A stretch of 64,000 bases of DNA, from NCBI RefSeq assembly GCF_055900595.2, contig NZ_CM148325.1; one strand, written 5' to 3'. A model generated the notes under the pieces. It was not told the origin of the DNA. It did not search any database and saw only the letters and a list, made by a program, of their open reading frames with translations. This document shows, one piece after another, positions 21,381 through 32,561 of this stretch. Made by a program: the position numbers and the translations under genes. Within the stretch, counting starts at the first letter, position 1; the number at the start of each line of letters is the position of its first letter.

Positions 21381-22658
21381 ATGAAAACCAAAGTTGCTGC
21401 TATTTATGGCAAGCGGGATGTCCGTCTGCGCGAATTTGAACTGCCCGAAATTACCGATAATGAACTGCTGGTGAGTGTAATTTCTGACAGTGTGTGTTTA
21501 TCGACCTGGAAAGCGGCGTTACTCGGTAGCGAACATAAACGGGTGCCCGACGATTTAGAAAATCATCCGGTCATTACCGGGCATGAATGTGCCGGGATTA
21601 TTGTTGAAGTGGGGAAAAATCTTACCGACAAATATAAAAAAGGCCAACGTTTTGTATTGCAACCGGCGATGGGGCTACCAAGCGGGTATTCTGCGGGATA
21701 CAGCTACGAATATTTTGGCGGTAATGCTACCTATATGATTATTCCGGAGATCGCCATTAACCTGGGCTGCGTATTACCGTATCACGGATCTTATTTTGCT
21801 GCGGCGTCTCTGGCAGAGCCGATGTGCTGCATTATTGGCGCTTATCATGCCAATTATCACACCACGCAATATGTTTATGAGCATCGCATGGGCGTGAAAC
21901 CTGGTGGCAATATTGCGCTGCTGGCGTGTGCTGGCCCGATGGGGATAGGCGCTATCGATTACGCTATTAACGGCGGCATACAACCGTCGCGGGTAGTGGT
22001 GGTCGATATCGACGACAAACGCCTGGCACAGGTGCAGAAGCTGCTGCCGGTGGAGCTGGCGGCCAGCAAAGGCATTGAGCTGATATATGTGAATACCAAA
22101 GGAATGGCCGATCCGGTACAGAAGCTGCGGGCGCTGACAGGAGATGCTGGGTTCGATGACATTTTTGTTTATGCGGCGGTGCCTGCTGTCGTTGAGATGG
22201 CTGACGAATTACTGGCGGAAGATGGCTGCCTGAACTTCTTTGCCGGGCCGACGGATAAAAACTTCAAAGTGCCGTTTAATTTCTACAACGTCCATTACAA
22301 CAGCACGCACGTCGTCGGTACATCGGGTGGTTCAACGGACGATATGAAAGAGGCGATTGCCCTGAGCGCCACGGGGCAGTTGCAACCGTCGTTTATGGTG
22401 ACGCATATCGGTGGCCTGGATGCAGTGCCAGAAACCGTTCTCAATTTACCGGATATCCCCGGTGGTAAAAAACTCATTTACAACGGCGTTACCATGCCGC
22501 TCACCGCCATTGCCGATTTTGCCGAAAAAGGTAAAACAGATCCGCTGTTTAAAGAGCTTGCGCGGCTGGTTGAGGAAACGCACGGCATCTGGAATGAACA
22601 GGCCGAGAAATATCTGCTGGCGCAATTTGGCGTTGATATCGGGGAGGCCGCGCAATGA
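21381..22658 (+). CDS. yggP: Zn-dependent medium-chain dehydrogenase-like protein YggP (425 aa)
   Basis: Full-length match to K-12 YggP as recalled; immediately downstream of cmtA. Confidence 0.85.
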   Translation: MKTKVAAIYGKRDVRLREFELPEITDNELLVSVISDSVCLSTWKAALLGSEHKRVPDDLENHPVITGHECAGIIVEVGKNLTDKYKKGQRFVLQPAMGLPSGYSAGYSYEYFGGNATYMIIPEIAINLGCVLPYHGSYFAAASLAEPMCCIIGAYHANYHTTQYVYEHRMGVKPGGNIALLACAGPMGIGAIDYAINGGIQPSRVVVVDIDDKRLAQVQKLLPVELAASKGIELIYVNTKGMADPVQKLRALTGDAGFDDIFVYAAVPAVVEMADELLAEDGCLNFFAGPTDKNFKVPFNFYNVHYNSTHVVGTSGGSTDDMKEAIALSATGQLQPSFMVTHIGGLDAVPETVLNLPDIPGGKKLIYNGVTMPLTAIADFAEKGKTDPLFKELARLVEETHGIWNEQAEKYLLAQFGVDIGEAAQ

Positions 22659-23620
22659 TGTCCCTGGCGTGGCCATTATTTCGCGTTACGGAGCAGGCAG
22701 CGTTGGCTGCCTGGCCGCAAACCGGATGTGGCAACAAAAATAAAATTGATGGCCTGGCGGTCACCGCGATGCGCCAGGCATTAAACGATGTCGCTTTTCG
22801 TGGGCGAGTGGTCATCGGCGAGGGAGAAATTGACCATGCGCCGATGCTGTGGATTGGCGAAGAGGTGGGCAAAGGCGATGGGCCAGAAGTCGATATCGCG
22901 GTTGACCCGATTGAAGGCACGCGGATGGTGGCGATGGGGCAGAGCAATGCGCTGGCGGTAATGGCTTTCGCCCCACGAGGCAGCCTGTTACACGCGCCCG
23001 ATATGTATATGAAAAAGCTGGTCGTTAATCGGCTGGCGGCGGGCGCGATTGATCTGGCGTTACCCCTGGCGGACAACTTGCGCAATGTGGCGAAAGCGTT
23101 AGGCAAACCGCTGGACCAGCTACGTATGGTTACGCTGGATAAACCGCGCCTGAGAGCCGCAATTGAGGAAGCGACACAACTGGGCGTGAAGGTTTTTGCC
23201 CTGCCAGATGGCGATGTCGCCGCCAGCGTGCTGACCTGCTGGCAGGATAATCCTTACGACGTGATGTACACCATCGGCGGCGCGCCGGAAGGAGTTATTT
23301 CTGCCTGTGCTGTTAAAGCATTGGGTGGGGATATGCAGGCCGAGCTGATTGATTTTTGTCAGGCCAAAGGGGATTACACGGAAAATCGGCAGATTGCAGA
23401 ACAGGAACGCCAGCGTTGCAAGGCAATGGGCGTTGACGTTAACCGTGTGTACTCGCTCGATGAACTGGTGAGGGGGAACGATATCCTCTTTAGCGCTACG
23501 GGCGTGACGGGCGGCGAGTTGGTGAATGGTATCCAACAGACGGCGAATGGGGTGCGGACGCAGACATTACTGATCGGCGGCGCGGACCAAACGTGTAATA
23601 TAATAAACTCCCTGCATTGA
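22655..23620 (+). CDS. yggF: class II fructose-1,6-bisphosphatase, GlpX paralogue (321 aa)
   Basis: Full-length match to YggF; start overlaps yggP stop by 4 nt. Confidence 0.85.
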   Translation: MMSLAWPLFRVTEQAALAAWPQTGCGNKNKIDGLAVTAMRQALNDVAFRGRVVIGEGEIDHAPMLWIGEEVGKGDGPEVDIAVDPIEGTRMVAMGQSNALAVMAFAPRGSLLHAPDMYMKKLVVNRLAAGAIDLALPLADNLRNVAKALGKPLDQLRMVTLDKPRLRAAIEEATQLGVKVFALPDGDVAASVLTCWQDNPYDVMYTIGGAPEGVISACAVKALGGDMQAELIDFCQAKGDYTENRQIAEQERQRCKAMGVDVNRVYSLDELVRGNDILFSATGVTGGELVNGIQQTANGVRTQTLLIGGADQTCNIINSLH

Positions 23621-23641
23621 TGGTGATCTATCGGAAGACGA

Positions 23642-24151
23642 ATGGCGACGCTGACAGAAGATGATGTGCTTGAGCAACTGGACGCACAGGACAATTTATT
23701 GTCATTTATGAAAACTGCATATGCCATTTTGCTCCAGGGGATACGCCAGTTTCTGCCGTCGCTGTTTGTCGATAATGATGAAGAGATCGTGGAATATGCA
23801 GTGAAGCCGTTACTCGCTCAAAGCGGCCCGCTTGACGATATTGATGTTGCGCTACGTTTGATTTTTGCGCTGGGGAAAATGGACAAATGGCTGTATGCCG
23901 ATATCACGCACTTTTCCCAGTTCTGGCATTACCTGAATGAACAGGATGAAACGCCCGGATTTGCCGATGACATTACCTGGGATTTTATCAGCAACGTCAA
24001 TAGCATAACCCGCAATGCGACGCTCTATGACGCGTTAAAAGCGATGAAGTTCGCTGATTTCGCCGTCTGGTCAGAGGTGCGTTTTAGTGGGATGGTCAAA
24101 ACGGCGCTGACGCTGGCAGTAACGACCACCTTAAAGGAATTAACGCCGTGA
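23642..24151 (+). CDS. yggD: MtlR-family putative regulator YggD (169 aa)
   Basis: MATLTEDDVLEQLDAQDNLLSFMKTAYAILLQGIRQ... matches YggD. Confidence 0.85.
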   Translation: MATLTEDDVLEQLDAQDNLLSFMKTAYAILLQGIRQFLPSLFVDNDEEIVEYAVKPLLAQSGPLDDIDVALRLIFALGKMDKWLYADITHFSQFWHYLNEQDETPGFADDITWDFISNVNSITRNATLYDALKAMKFADFAVWSEVRFSGMVKTALTLAVTTTLKELTP

Positions 24152-24861
24152 AAATCGAACTGACGGTGAATGGATTGAAGGTACAGGCGCAGTACCCGAA
24201 CGAAGAGATTGAAAATGTGCATAAACCGTTGCTGCGTATGCTGGCAGCCTTACAGACGGTAAATCCGCAGCGGCGTACCGTGGTTTTTCTTTGCGCTCCG
24301 CCGGGGACGGGTAAATCTACCCTAACCACTTTCTGGGAATATCTCGCGCAACAAGACCCGGAACTACCCGCTATTCAGACGCTGCCGATGGATGGTTTTC
24401 ACCATTACAATAGCTGGCTGGACGCGCATCAATTGCGCCCCTTCAAAGGCGCACCAGAGACATTTGACGTTGCGAAACTGGCGGAAAATCTGCGCCAGGT
24501 CGTGGAAGGGGATTGTACGTGGCCGCAGTACGATCGACAAAAGCATGATCCTGTTGAAGATGTGTTGCACGTTACCGCACCACTCGTCATCGTCGAAGGA
24601 AACTGGTTGTTGCTGGATGACGAGAAGTGGCGGGCGTTGGCATCGTTCTGCGATTTTTCTGTTTTTATTCATGCCCCCGTTCAAATTCTGCGGGAACGCT
24701 TGATTAGTCGTAAAATTGCGGGGGGATTATCGCGGGATGAAGCCGAAGCTTTTTATGCCCGAACCGATGGTCCCAATGTCGAGCGTGTGCTGCTGAATAG
24801 TTGTCAGGCCAATCTGATATTAGAGATGACGGAAGAAGGCAGGTATAACTTCATAAGCTGA
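24148..24861 (+). CDS. yggC: P-loop kinase-like protein YggC (237 aa)
   Basis: Walker A CAPPGTGKST visible; 4-nt overlap with yggD. Confidence 0.85.
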   Translation: MKIELTVNGLKVQAQYPNEEIENVHKPLLRMLAALQTVNPQRRTVVFLCAPPGTGKSTLTTFWEYLAQQDPELPAIQTLPMDGFHHYNSWLDAHQLRPFKGAPETFDVAKLAENLRQVVEGDCTWPQYDRQKHDPVEDVLHVTAPLVIVEGNWLLLDDEKWRALASFCDFSVFIHAPVQILRERLISRKIAGGLSRDEAEAFYARTDGPNVERVLLNSCQANLILEMTEEGRYNFIS

Positions 24862-25145
24862 CAATTTATTCCAGTTATTGTGCGGTTATTATTACGCCAG
24901 TCTGGAATAAAGCCTCCTGCAAGAAGGGAAGAAAGTGTGATACAAGTCAGATAATTGTCTTCTTTGACTGGACAATCATTCCTTTTATTCCACGTTTCGC
25001 TTATCCTAGCTGAAGCGTTTCAGTCGATTAAATGTTCGACAATTAACCAATCAGTCGCAGTTTGCGACAGGTAAGGTTTCCCCGGACGATTTGCTGGATT
25101 ACTCTGTCTGGCAAATTTGCTCAGGGAAAACCTTGCAGGAGATCT

Positions 25146-26165
25146 ATGACCGTACGCGTAGCGATAAATGGCTTCGGTCGCATCGGGCGTAATGTGGTTC
25201 GTGCTTTGTATGAATCCGGACGCCGGGCGGAAATTACCGTGGTGGCAATCAACGAACTGGCGGATGCTGCGGGCATGGCGCATTTGTTGAAATATGACAC
25301 CAGTCATGGCCGTTTTGCATGGGAAGTACGACAGGAACGCGATCAACTTTTTGTTGGTGATGACGCCATCCGCGTATTGCACGAACGTTCACTGCAATCG
25401 CTCCCATGGCGTGAACTTGGCGTCGATGTGGTTCTTGACTGCACCGGCGTATATGGCTCCCGCGAGCATGGCGAAGCGCATATTGCCGCCGGGGCCAAAA
25501 AAGTGCTCTTTTCACATCCTGGCAGTAACGATCTCGACGCGACCGTGGTTTACGGCGTCAATCAGGATCAACTTCGTGCGGAACACCGCATCGTTTCTAA
25601 CGCTTCCTGTACCACGAATTGCATAATTCCCGTCATCAAATTGTTAGATGATGCGTACGGTATTGAGTCCGGCACAGTGACCACAATTCACTCCGCCATG
25701 CACGATCAACAGGTTATTGATGCATACCATCCTGACCTGCGTCGCACCCGGGCAGCCAGCCAGTCGATCATTCCAGTCGATACTAAACTGGCCGCCGGTA
25801 TCACACGATTTTTTCCGCAATTTAACGATCGCTTTGAAGCGATTGCGGTGCGTGTACCAACCATAAATGTGACGGCAATCGATTTAAGCGTGACGGTGAA
25901 GAAACCTGTAAAAGCCAATGAAGTCAACCTGTTGCTGCAAAAAGCAGCACAAGGTGCATTTCATGGTATAGTTGACTATACGGAATTGCCGTTGGTCTCT
26001 GTAGATTTTAACCACGATCCGCACAGTGCCATTGTCGATGGCACCCAAACCCGGGTCAGTGGCGCGCACCTGATCAAAACGTTGGTCTGGTGCGATAACG
26101 AATGGGGCTTTGCTAACCGAATGCTCGACACGACGTTAGCTATGGCTACTGTTGCTTTCAGGTAA
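25146..26165 (+). CDS. epd: erythrose-4-phosphate dehydrogenase (339 aa)
   Basis: Track ORF trimmed 28 codons to [25 protein letters not shown]... Confidence 0.93.
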
Positions 26166-26214
26166 GACGCAAGCAGCGTCTGCAAAACTTTTAGAATCAA
26201 CGAGAGGATTCACC

Positions 26215-27378
26215 ATGTCTGTAATTAAGATGACCGATCTGGATCTTGCTGGGAAACGTGTATTTATCCGTGCGGATCTGAACGTACCAGTAAAAGACGG
26301 GAAAGTAACCAGCGACGCGCGTATCCGTGCTTCTCTGCCGACCATCGAACTGGCCCTGAAACAAGGCGCGAAAGTGATGGTAACTTCCCACCTGGGTCGT
26401 CCTACCGAAGGCGAGTACAACGAAGAATTCTCTCTGCTGCCGGTTGTTAACTACCTGAAAGACAAACTGTCTAACCCGGTTCGTCTGGTTAAAGATTACC
26501 TCGACGGCGTTGACGTTGCTGAAGGTGAACTGGTTGTTCTGGAAAACGTTCGCTTCAACAAAGGCGAGAAGAAAGACGACGAAACCCTGTCCAAAAAATA
26601 TGCTGCACTGTGTGACGTGTTCGTAATGGACGCATTCGGTACTGCTCACCGCGCGCAGGCTTCTACTCACGGTATCGGTAAATTCGCTGATGTTGCGTGC
26701 GCAGGCCCGCTGCTGGCAGCTGAACTGGACGCGCTGGGTAAAGCACTGAAAGAACCTGCTCGCCCGATGGTGGCTATCGTTGGTGGTTCTAAAGTATCTA
26801 CCAAACTGACCGTTCTGGATTCCCTGTCCAAAATCGCTGACCAGCTGATCGTGGGTGGTGGTATCGCTAACACCTTTATCGCGGCACAAGGCCACGATGT
26901 GGGTAAATCCCTGTACGAAGCTGACCTGGTTGACGAAGCAAAACGTCTGCTGACCACCTGCAACATTCCGGTTCCGTCTGACGTTCGCGTAGCAACTGAG
27001 TTCTCTGAAACTGCACCGGCTACCCTGAAATCTGTTAACGATGTGAAAGCTGACGAGCAGATCCTGGATATCGGCGATGCTTCTGCGCAGGAACTGGCTG
27101 AAATCCTGAAGAATGCGAAAACCATTCTGTGGAACGGCCCGGTTGGCGTGTTCGAATTCCCGAACTTCCGCAAAGGTACTGAAATCGTGGCTAACGCTAT
27201 CGCAGACAGCGAAGCGTTCTCCATCGCTGGTGGCGGTGACACTCTGGCAGCAATCGACCTGTTCGGCATTGCTGACAAAATCTCCTACATCTCCACTGGC
27301 GGCGGCGCATTCCTCGAATTCGTGGAAGGTAAAGTACTGCCTGCAGTAGCGATGCTCGAAGAGCGCGCTAAGAAGTAA
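26215..27378 (+). CDS. pgk: phosphoglycerate kinase (387 aa)
   Basis: Track ORF trimmed 21 codons to [25 protein letters not shown]... Confidence 0.96.
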
Positions 27379-27440
27379 AAAATCACAGGGCAGGGAAACC
27401 TGCCCTTGTTGCAGCGCGCTTTTAGAGCACGCATTTTTTC

Positions 27441-27566
27441 ATACTCTAAATAATTCGAGTTGCAGGAAGGCGACAAGAGAGTGAATCCCCAGGAGCTTAC
27501 ATAAGTAAGTGACTGGGGTGAGCGAACGCAGACGCAGCACATGCAACTTGAAGTATGACGAGTATA
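27441..27566 (+). repeat. ERIC (intergenic repeat unit) element
   Basis: Contains gtgaatccccaggagcttacat and aagtaagtgactggggtgagcg, the two sequences targeted by the standard ERIC primers; near-identical inverted copy at 39383-39507. Confidence 0.85.
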
Positions 27567-27592
27567 AGGCCCGACGATACAGGACAAGAGAC

Positions 27593-28672
27593 ATGTCTAA
27601 GATTTTTGATTTCGTAAAACCTGGCGTAATCACTGGTGATGACGTACAGAAAGTTTTCCAGGTAGCAAAAGAAAACAACTTCGCACTGCCAGCAGTAAAC
27701 TGCGTCGGTACTGACTCCATCAACGCCGTACTGGAAACCGCGGCTAAAGTTAAAGCGCCGGTTATCGTTCAGTTCTCCAACGGTGGTGCTTCCTTTATCG
27801 CTGGTAAAGGCGTGAAATCTGACGTTCCGCAGGGTGCTGCTATCCTGGGTGCGATCTCTGGTGCGCATCACGTTCACCAGATGGCTGAACACTATGGTGT
27901 TCCAGTGATCCTGCACACCGACCACTGCGCGAAAAAACTGCTGCCGTGGATCGACGGTCTGCTGGACGCGGGTGAAAAACACTTCGCAGCTACCGGTAAG
28001 CCGTTGTTCTCTTCTCACATGATCGACCTGTCTGAAGAATCTCTGCAAGAGAACATCGAAATCTGCTCTAAATACCTGGAGCGTATGTCCAAAATCGGCA
28101 TGACTCTGGAAATCGAACTGGGTTGCACCGGTGGTGAAGAAGACGGCGTGGACAACAGCCACATGGACGCTTCTGCACTGTACACCCAGCCGGAAGACGT
28201 TGATTACGCATACACCGAGCTGAGCAAAATCAGCCCGCGCTTCACCATCGCAGCGTCCTTCGGTAACGTACACGGCGTATACAAGCCGGGTAACGTTGTT
28301 CTGACTCCGACCATCCTGCGTGACTCTCAGGAATATGTTTCTAAGAAACACAACCTGCCGCACAACAGCCTGAACTTCGTATTCCACGGCGGTTCCGGTT
28401 CTACTGCTCAGGAAATCAAAGACTCCGTAAGCTACGGCGTAGTGAAAATGAACATCGATACCGATACCCAATGGGCAACCTGGGAAGGTGTTCTGAACTA
28501 CTACAAAGCGAACGAAGCTTATCTGCAGGGTCAGTTGGGCAACCCGAAAGGCGAAGATCAGCCGAACAAGAAATACTACGATCCGCGCGTATGGCTGCGT
28601 GCCGGTCAGACTTCGATGATCGCTCGTCTGGAAAAAGCATTCCAGGAACTGAACGCGATCGACGTTCTGTAA
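27593..28672 (+). CDS. fbaA: class II fructose-bisphosphate aldolase (359 aa)
   Basis: Track ORF trimmed 28 codons to MSKIFDFVKPGVITGDDVQKVF... Confidence 0.96.
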   Translation: MSKIFDFVKPGVITGDDVQKVFQVAKENNFALPAVNCVGTDSINAVLETAAKVKAPVIVQFSNGGASFIAGKGVKSDVPQGAAILGAISGAHHVHQMAEHYGVPVILHTDHCAKKLLPWIDGLLDAGEKHFAATGKPLFSSHMIDLSEESLQENIEICSKYLERMSKIGMTLEIELGCTGGEEDGVDNSHMDASALYTQPEDVDYAYTELSKISPRFTIAASFGNVHGVYKPGNVVLTPTILRDSQEYVSKKHNLPHNSLNFVFHGGSGSTAQEIKDSVSYGVVKMNIDTDTQWATWEGVLNYYKANEAYLQGQLGNPKGEDQPNKKYYDPRVWLRAGQTSMIARLEKAFQELNAIDVL

Positions 28673-28696
28673 GATATTCCTTTCTGCTTATCTCAA

Positions 28697-28720
28697 GGCC
28701 CGCTCTGCGGGTCTTTTTTT
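28697..28720 (+). terminator. fbaA rho-independent terminator
   Basis: ggcccgctctgcgggtc followed by ttttttt. Confidence 0.65.
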
Positions 28721-28730
28721 CGCCAAAAGA

Positions 28731-28845
28731 AAAAATGCCTGATGCGCTACGCTTATCAGGCCTACACGTATCCTGCAATATACTGAATTTACAGGCTTTT
28801 GTAGGTCTGGTAAGGCGTTAAAGCCGCATCCAGTATGACAAATCG
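28731..28845. repeat. REP/BIME units
   Basis: gcctgatgcgctacgcttatcaggcctac and inverted gtaggtctggtaaggcgttaaagccgcatcc. Confidence 0.75.
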
Positions 28846-28864
28846 CACATTGCTATCTGTCTGA

Positions 28865-28887
28865 GGCCCGCTCTGCGGATCTTTTTT
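28865..28887 (+). terminator. second, near-identical copy of the fbaA terminator hairpin
   Basis: ggcccgctctgcggatc followed by tttttt on the far side of the REP cluster. Confidence 0.5.
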
Positions 28888-29029
28888 CACCAAAAGCAAG
28901 GTGATGCAGATGAGAAATCTGTGATCTATTTGGCAAAATTATGCTTTATTGTTTACCCTTGTCAGACTGCCCGTCATAAGGCGGCGGAGTGTATTTCTCC
29001 ATTTTGAGTCAGTTGAAAAGGAATATTGA

Positions 29030-29890
<861 letters not shown>

Positions 29891-30028
29891 TCAACGCTGA
29901 GGCCAGATAATACTCTCTGGCCTCTCTCTTATTAGTTTTTCTGATTGCCAATTAATATTATCAATTTCCGCTAATAACAATCCCGCGATATAGTCTCTGC
30001 ATCAGATACTTAATTCGGAATATCCAAC

Positions 30029-30664
30029 GTGTTTTCTTATTACTTTCAAGGTCTTGCCCTTGGGGCGGCTATGATCCTACCGCTCGGTCCACAAAATGCT
30101 TTTGTGATGAATCAGGGCATACGTCGTCAGTACCACATTATGATTGCCTTACTTTGTGCTATCAGCGATTTGGTCCTGATTTGCGCCGGGATTTTTGGTG
30201 GCAGTGCGTTATTGATGCAGTCGCCGTGGTTGCTTGCGCTGGTCACCTGGGGCGGCGTAGCCTTCTTGCTGTGGTATGGTTATGGCGCTTTTAAAACAGC
30301 AATGAGCAGTAATATTGAGTTAGCCAGTGCCGAAGTCATGAAGCAAGGCAGATGGAAAATTATCGCCACCATGCTGGCAGTGACCTGGCTGAATCCGCAT
30401 GTTTACCTGGATACTTTTGTTGTACTGGGCAGCCTTGGTGGGCAGCTTGACGTCGAACCAAAACGTTGGTTTGCGCTCGGGACAATTAGCGCCTCTTTCC
30501 TCTGGTTCTTTGGTCTGGCTCTTCTCGCAGCCTGGCTGGCACCGCGTCTGCGTACGGCAAAAGCACAGCGCATTATCAATCTGGTAGTGGGATGTGTTAT
30601 GTGGTTTATTGCCTTGCAGCTGGCGAGAGACGGTATTGCGCATGCACAAGCCTTGTTCAGTTAG
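30029..30664 (+). CDS. argO: arginine exporter (211 aa)
   Basis: GTG start; [34 protein letters not shown]... LysE-family layout. Confidence 0.9.
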   Translation: MFSYYFQGLALGAAMILPLGPQNAFVMNQGIRRQYHIMIALLCAISDLVLICAGIFGGSALLMQSPWLLALVTWGGVAFLLWYGYGAFKTAMSSNIELASAEVMKQGRWKIIATMLAVTWLNPHVYLDTFVVLGSLGGQLDVEPKRWFALGTISASFLWFFGLALLAAWLAPRLRTAKAQRIINLVVGCVMWFIALQLARDGIAHAQALFS

Positions 30665-30756
30665 GCGCTATCTGATGGAAAAATAAAACAGAGGCGCTAA
30701 GCTTGCCTCCAGAGGTCCTGAATTTTGGGCAAGTCAATTAACACGGAGAGACTAAC

Positions 30757-31497
30757 GTGAAGTTCAAAGTTATCGCCCTGGCGGCATTAATGGGTATTAG
30801 CGGGATGGCAGCGCAGGCTAACGAATTGCCGGATGGACCGCATATTGTCACCTCCGGTACGGCAAGCGTGGATGCGGTGCCAGACATTGCCACTCTTGCG
30901 ATTGAAGTCAACGTGGCCGCGAAGGATGCCGCTACTGCCAAGAAACAGGCGGATGAGCGCGTCGCACAATACATTTCCTTCCTTGAACTCAATCAGATCG
31001 CGAAAAAAGATATCAGCTCAGCGAACTTACGCACCCAGCCAGATTATGATTATCAGGATGGTAAAAGTATCCTGAAAGGCTACCGTGCTGTGAGAACGGT
31101 GGAAGTCACGCTCCGTCAGTTAGACAAACTGAATTCCTTGCTGGATGGTGCGCTGAAGGCGGGTCTTAACGAAATTCGTTCTGTATCGCTGGGCGTGGCG
31201 CAGCCGGATGCCTATAAAGACAAAGCGCGTAAGGCAGCGATTGATAACGCGATTCATCAGGCGCAGGAACTGGCGAACGGCTTTCATCGTAAACTAGGGC
31301 CGGTATATAGCGTGCGCTACCATGTTTCCAACTATCAGCCCAGCCCAATGGTGCGGATGATGAAAGCCGATGCCGCGCCGGTCTCAGCCCAGGAAACTTA
31401 CGAGCAGGCTGCTATTCAGTTTGATGATCAGGTCGATGTGGTCTTCCAGTTAGAACCTGTGGATCAACAACCCGCTAAAACACCTGCCGCACAATAA
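30757..31497 (+). CDS. yggE: DUF541 periplasmic protein YggE (246 aa)
   Basis: GTG start; signal peptide MKFKVIALAALMGISGMAAQA; full-length match. Confidence 0.9.
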   Translation: MKFKVIALAALMGISGMAAQANELPDGPHIVTSGTASVDAVPDIATLAIEVNVAAKDAATAKKQADERVAQYISFLELNQIAKKDISSANLRTQPDYDYQDGKSILKGYRAVRTVEVTLRQLDKLNSLLDGALKAGLNEIRSVSLGVAQPDAYKDKARKAAIDNAIHQAQELANGFHRKLGPVYSVRYHVSNYQPSPMVRMMKADAAPVSAQETYEQAAIQFDDQVDVVFQLEPVDQQPAKTPAAQ

Positions 31498-31664
31498 TAC
31501 TTGTAGCCCGACGTATTGGTCGGGCTAATGCCTTTACCCGATATTGCCTCCTTTTTCTGTAATTTTCTGTAAAACCATGACGTAATCACCTATCTTTGCT
31601 CGCGGTTTCATCAAGGATAGGCTAACTGAAACGGTTAAGCGGACAAGGATGCGGGGGAGCTGGG

Positions 31665-32561
31665 ATGGACATTTTTATTTCGAAAAAGATGCGCAATTTC
31701 ATTTTATTAGCGCAAACTAATAATATTGCCCGGGCGGCAGAAAAAATCCATATGACGGCTTCGCCATTTGGCAAAAGCATTGCCGCGCTGGAAGAACAAA
31801 TTGGCTATACGCTATTTACCCGCAAAGATAATAATATCAGCCTCAATAAAGCCGGGCAGGAACTGTATCAAAAACTGTTCCCGGTTTATCAACGGCTTTC
31901 TGCGATTGATAATGAAATCCATAACTCAGGACGTTGTTCACGAGAAATTGTGATAGGCATAGATAATACTTATCCGACCATTATTTTTGATCAGTTGATT
32001 AGTCTCGGAGATAAGTACGAAGGCGTGACCGCCCAGCCAGTTGAGTTCAGCGAAAACGGCGTTATCGATAATCTTTTTGACCGTCAGTTAGATTTTATAA
32101 TCTCCCCACAGCATGTATCTGCACGAGTTCAGGAACTGGAAAACCTGACTATTAGTGAACTACCACCGCTGCGATTGGGCTTTCTCGTTTCTCGCCGTTA
32201 TGAAGAGCGACAAGAGCAAGAGTTGCTTCAGGAGCTACCCTGGCTACAAATGCGCTTTCAGAACCGGGCCAACTTCGAAGCAATGATTGATGCGAATATG
32301 CGTCCTTGTGGGATCAATCCCACCATTATTTATCGACCTTACAGTTTTATGGCCAAAATCAGCGCCGTGGAGCGCGGACATTTTCTGACGGTGATCCCGC
32401 ATTTTGCCTGGCGACTGGTTAATCCGGCAACGCTGAAATATTTTGATGCGCCGCACAGGCCGATGTATATGCAGGAATATCTTTATTCAATCAGAAATCA
32501 TCGTTATACCGCCACGATGCTTCAGCATATTGCTGAAGATCGTGACGGGACGAGTCATTAA
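31665..32561 (+). CDS. ygfI: LysR-family transcriptional regulator YgfI (298 aa)
   Basis: N-terminal HTH region and LysR substrate-binding domain length; 3' end overlaps the convergent scpC stop by 4 nt. Confidence 0.85.
   Translation: MDIFISKKMRNFILLAQTNNIARAAEKIHMTASPFGKSIAALEEQIGYTLFTRKDNNISLNKAGQELYQKLFPVYQRLSAIDNEIHNSGRCSREIVIGIDNTYPTIIFDQLISLGDKYEGVTAQPVEFSENGVIDNLFDRQLDFIISPQHVSARVQELENLTISELPPLRLGFLVSRRYEERQEQELLQELPWLQMRFQNRANFEAMIDANMRPCGINPTIIYRPYSFMAKISAVERGHFLTVIPHFAWRLVNPATLKYFDAPHRPMYMQEYLYSIRNHRYTATMLQHIAEDRDGTSH

Noticed and set aside
27497-28471. 324-aa minus-strand ORF inside fbaA, with similar antisense ORFs in pgk (26197-26895, 26667-27278)
   Set aside because: Antisense shadows of highly expressed glycolytic genes.
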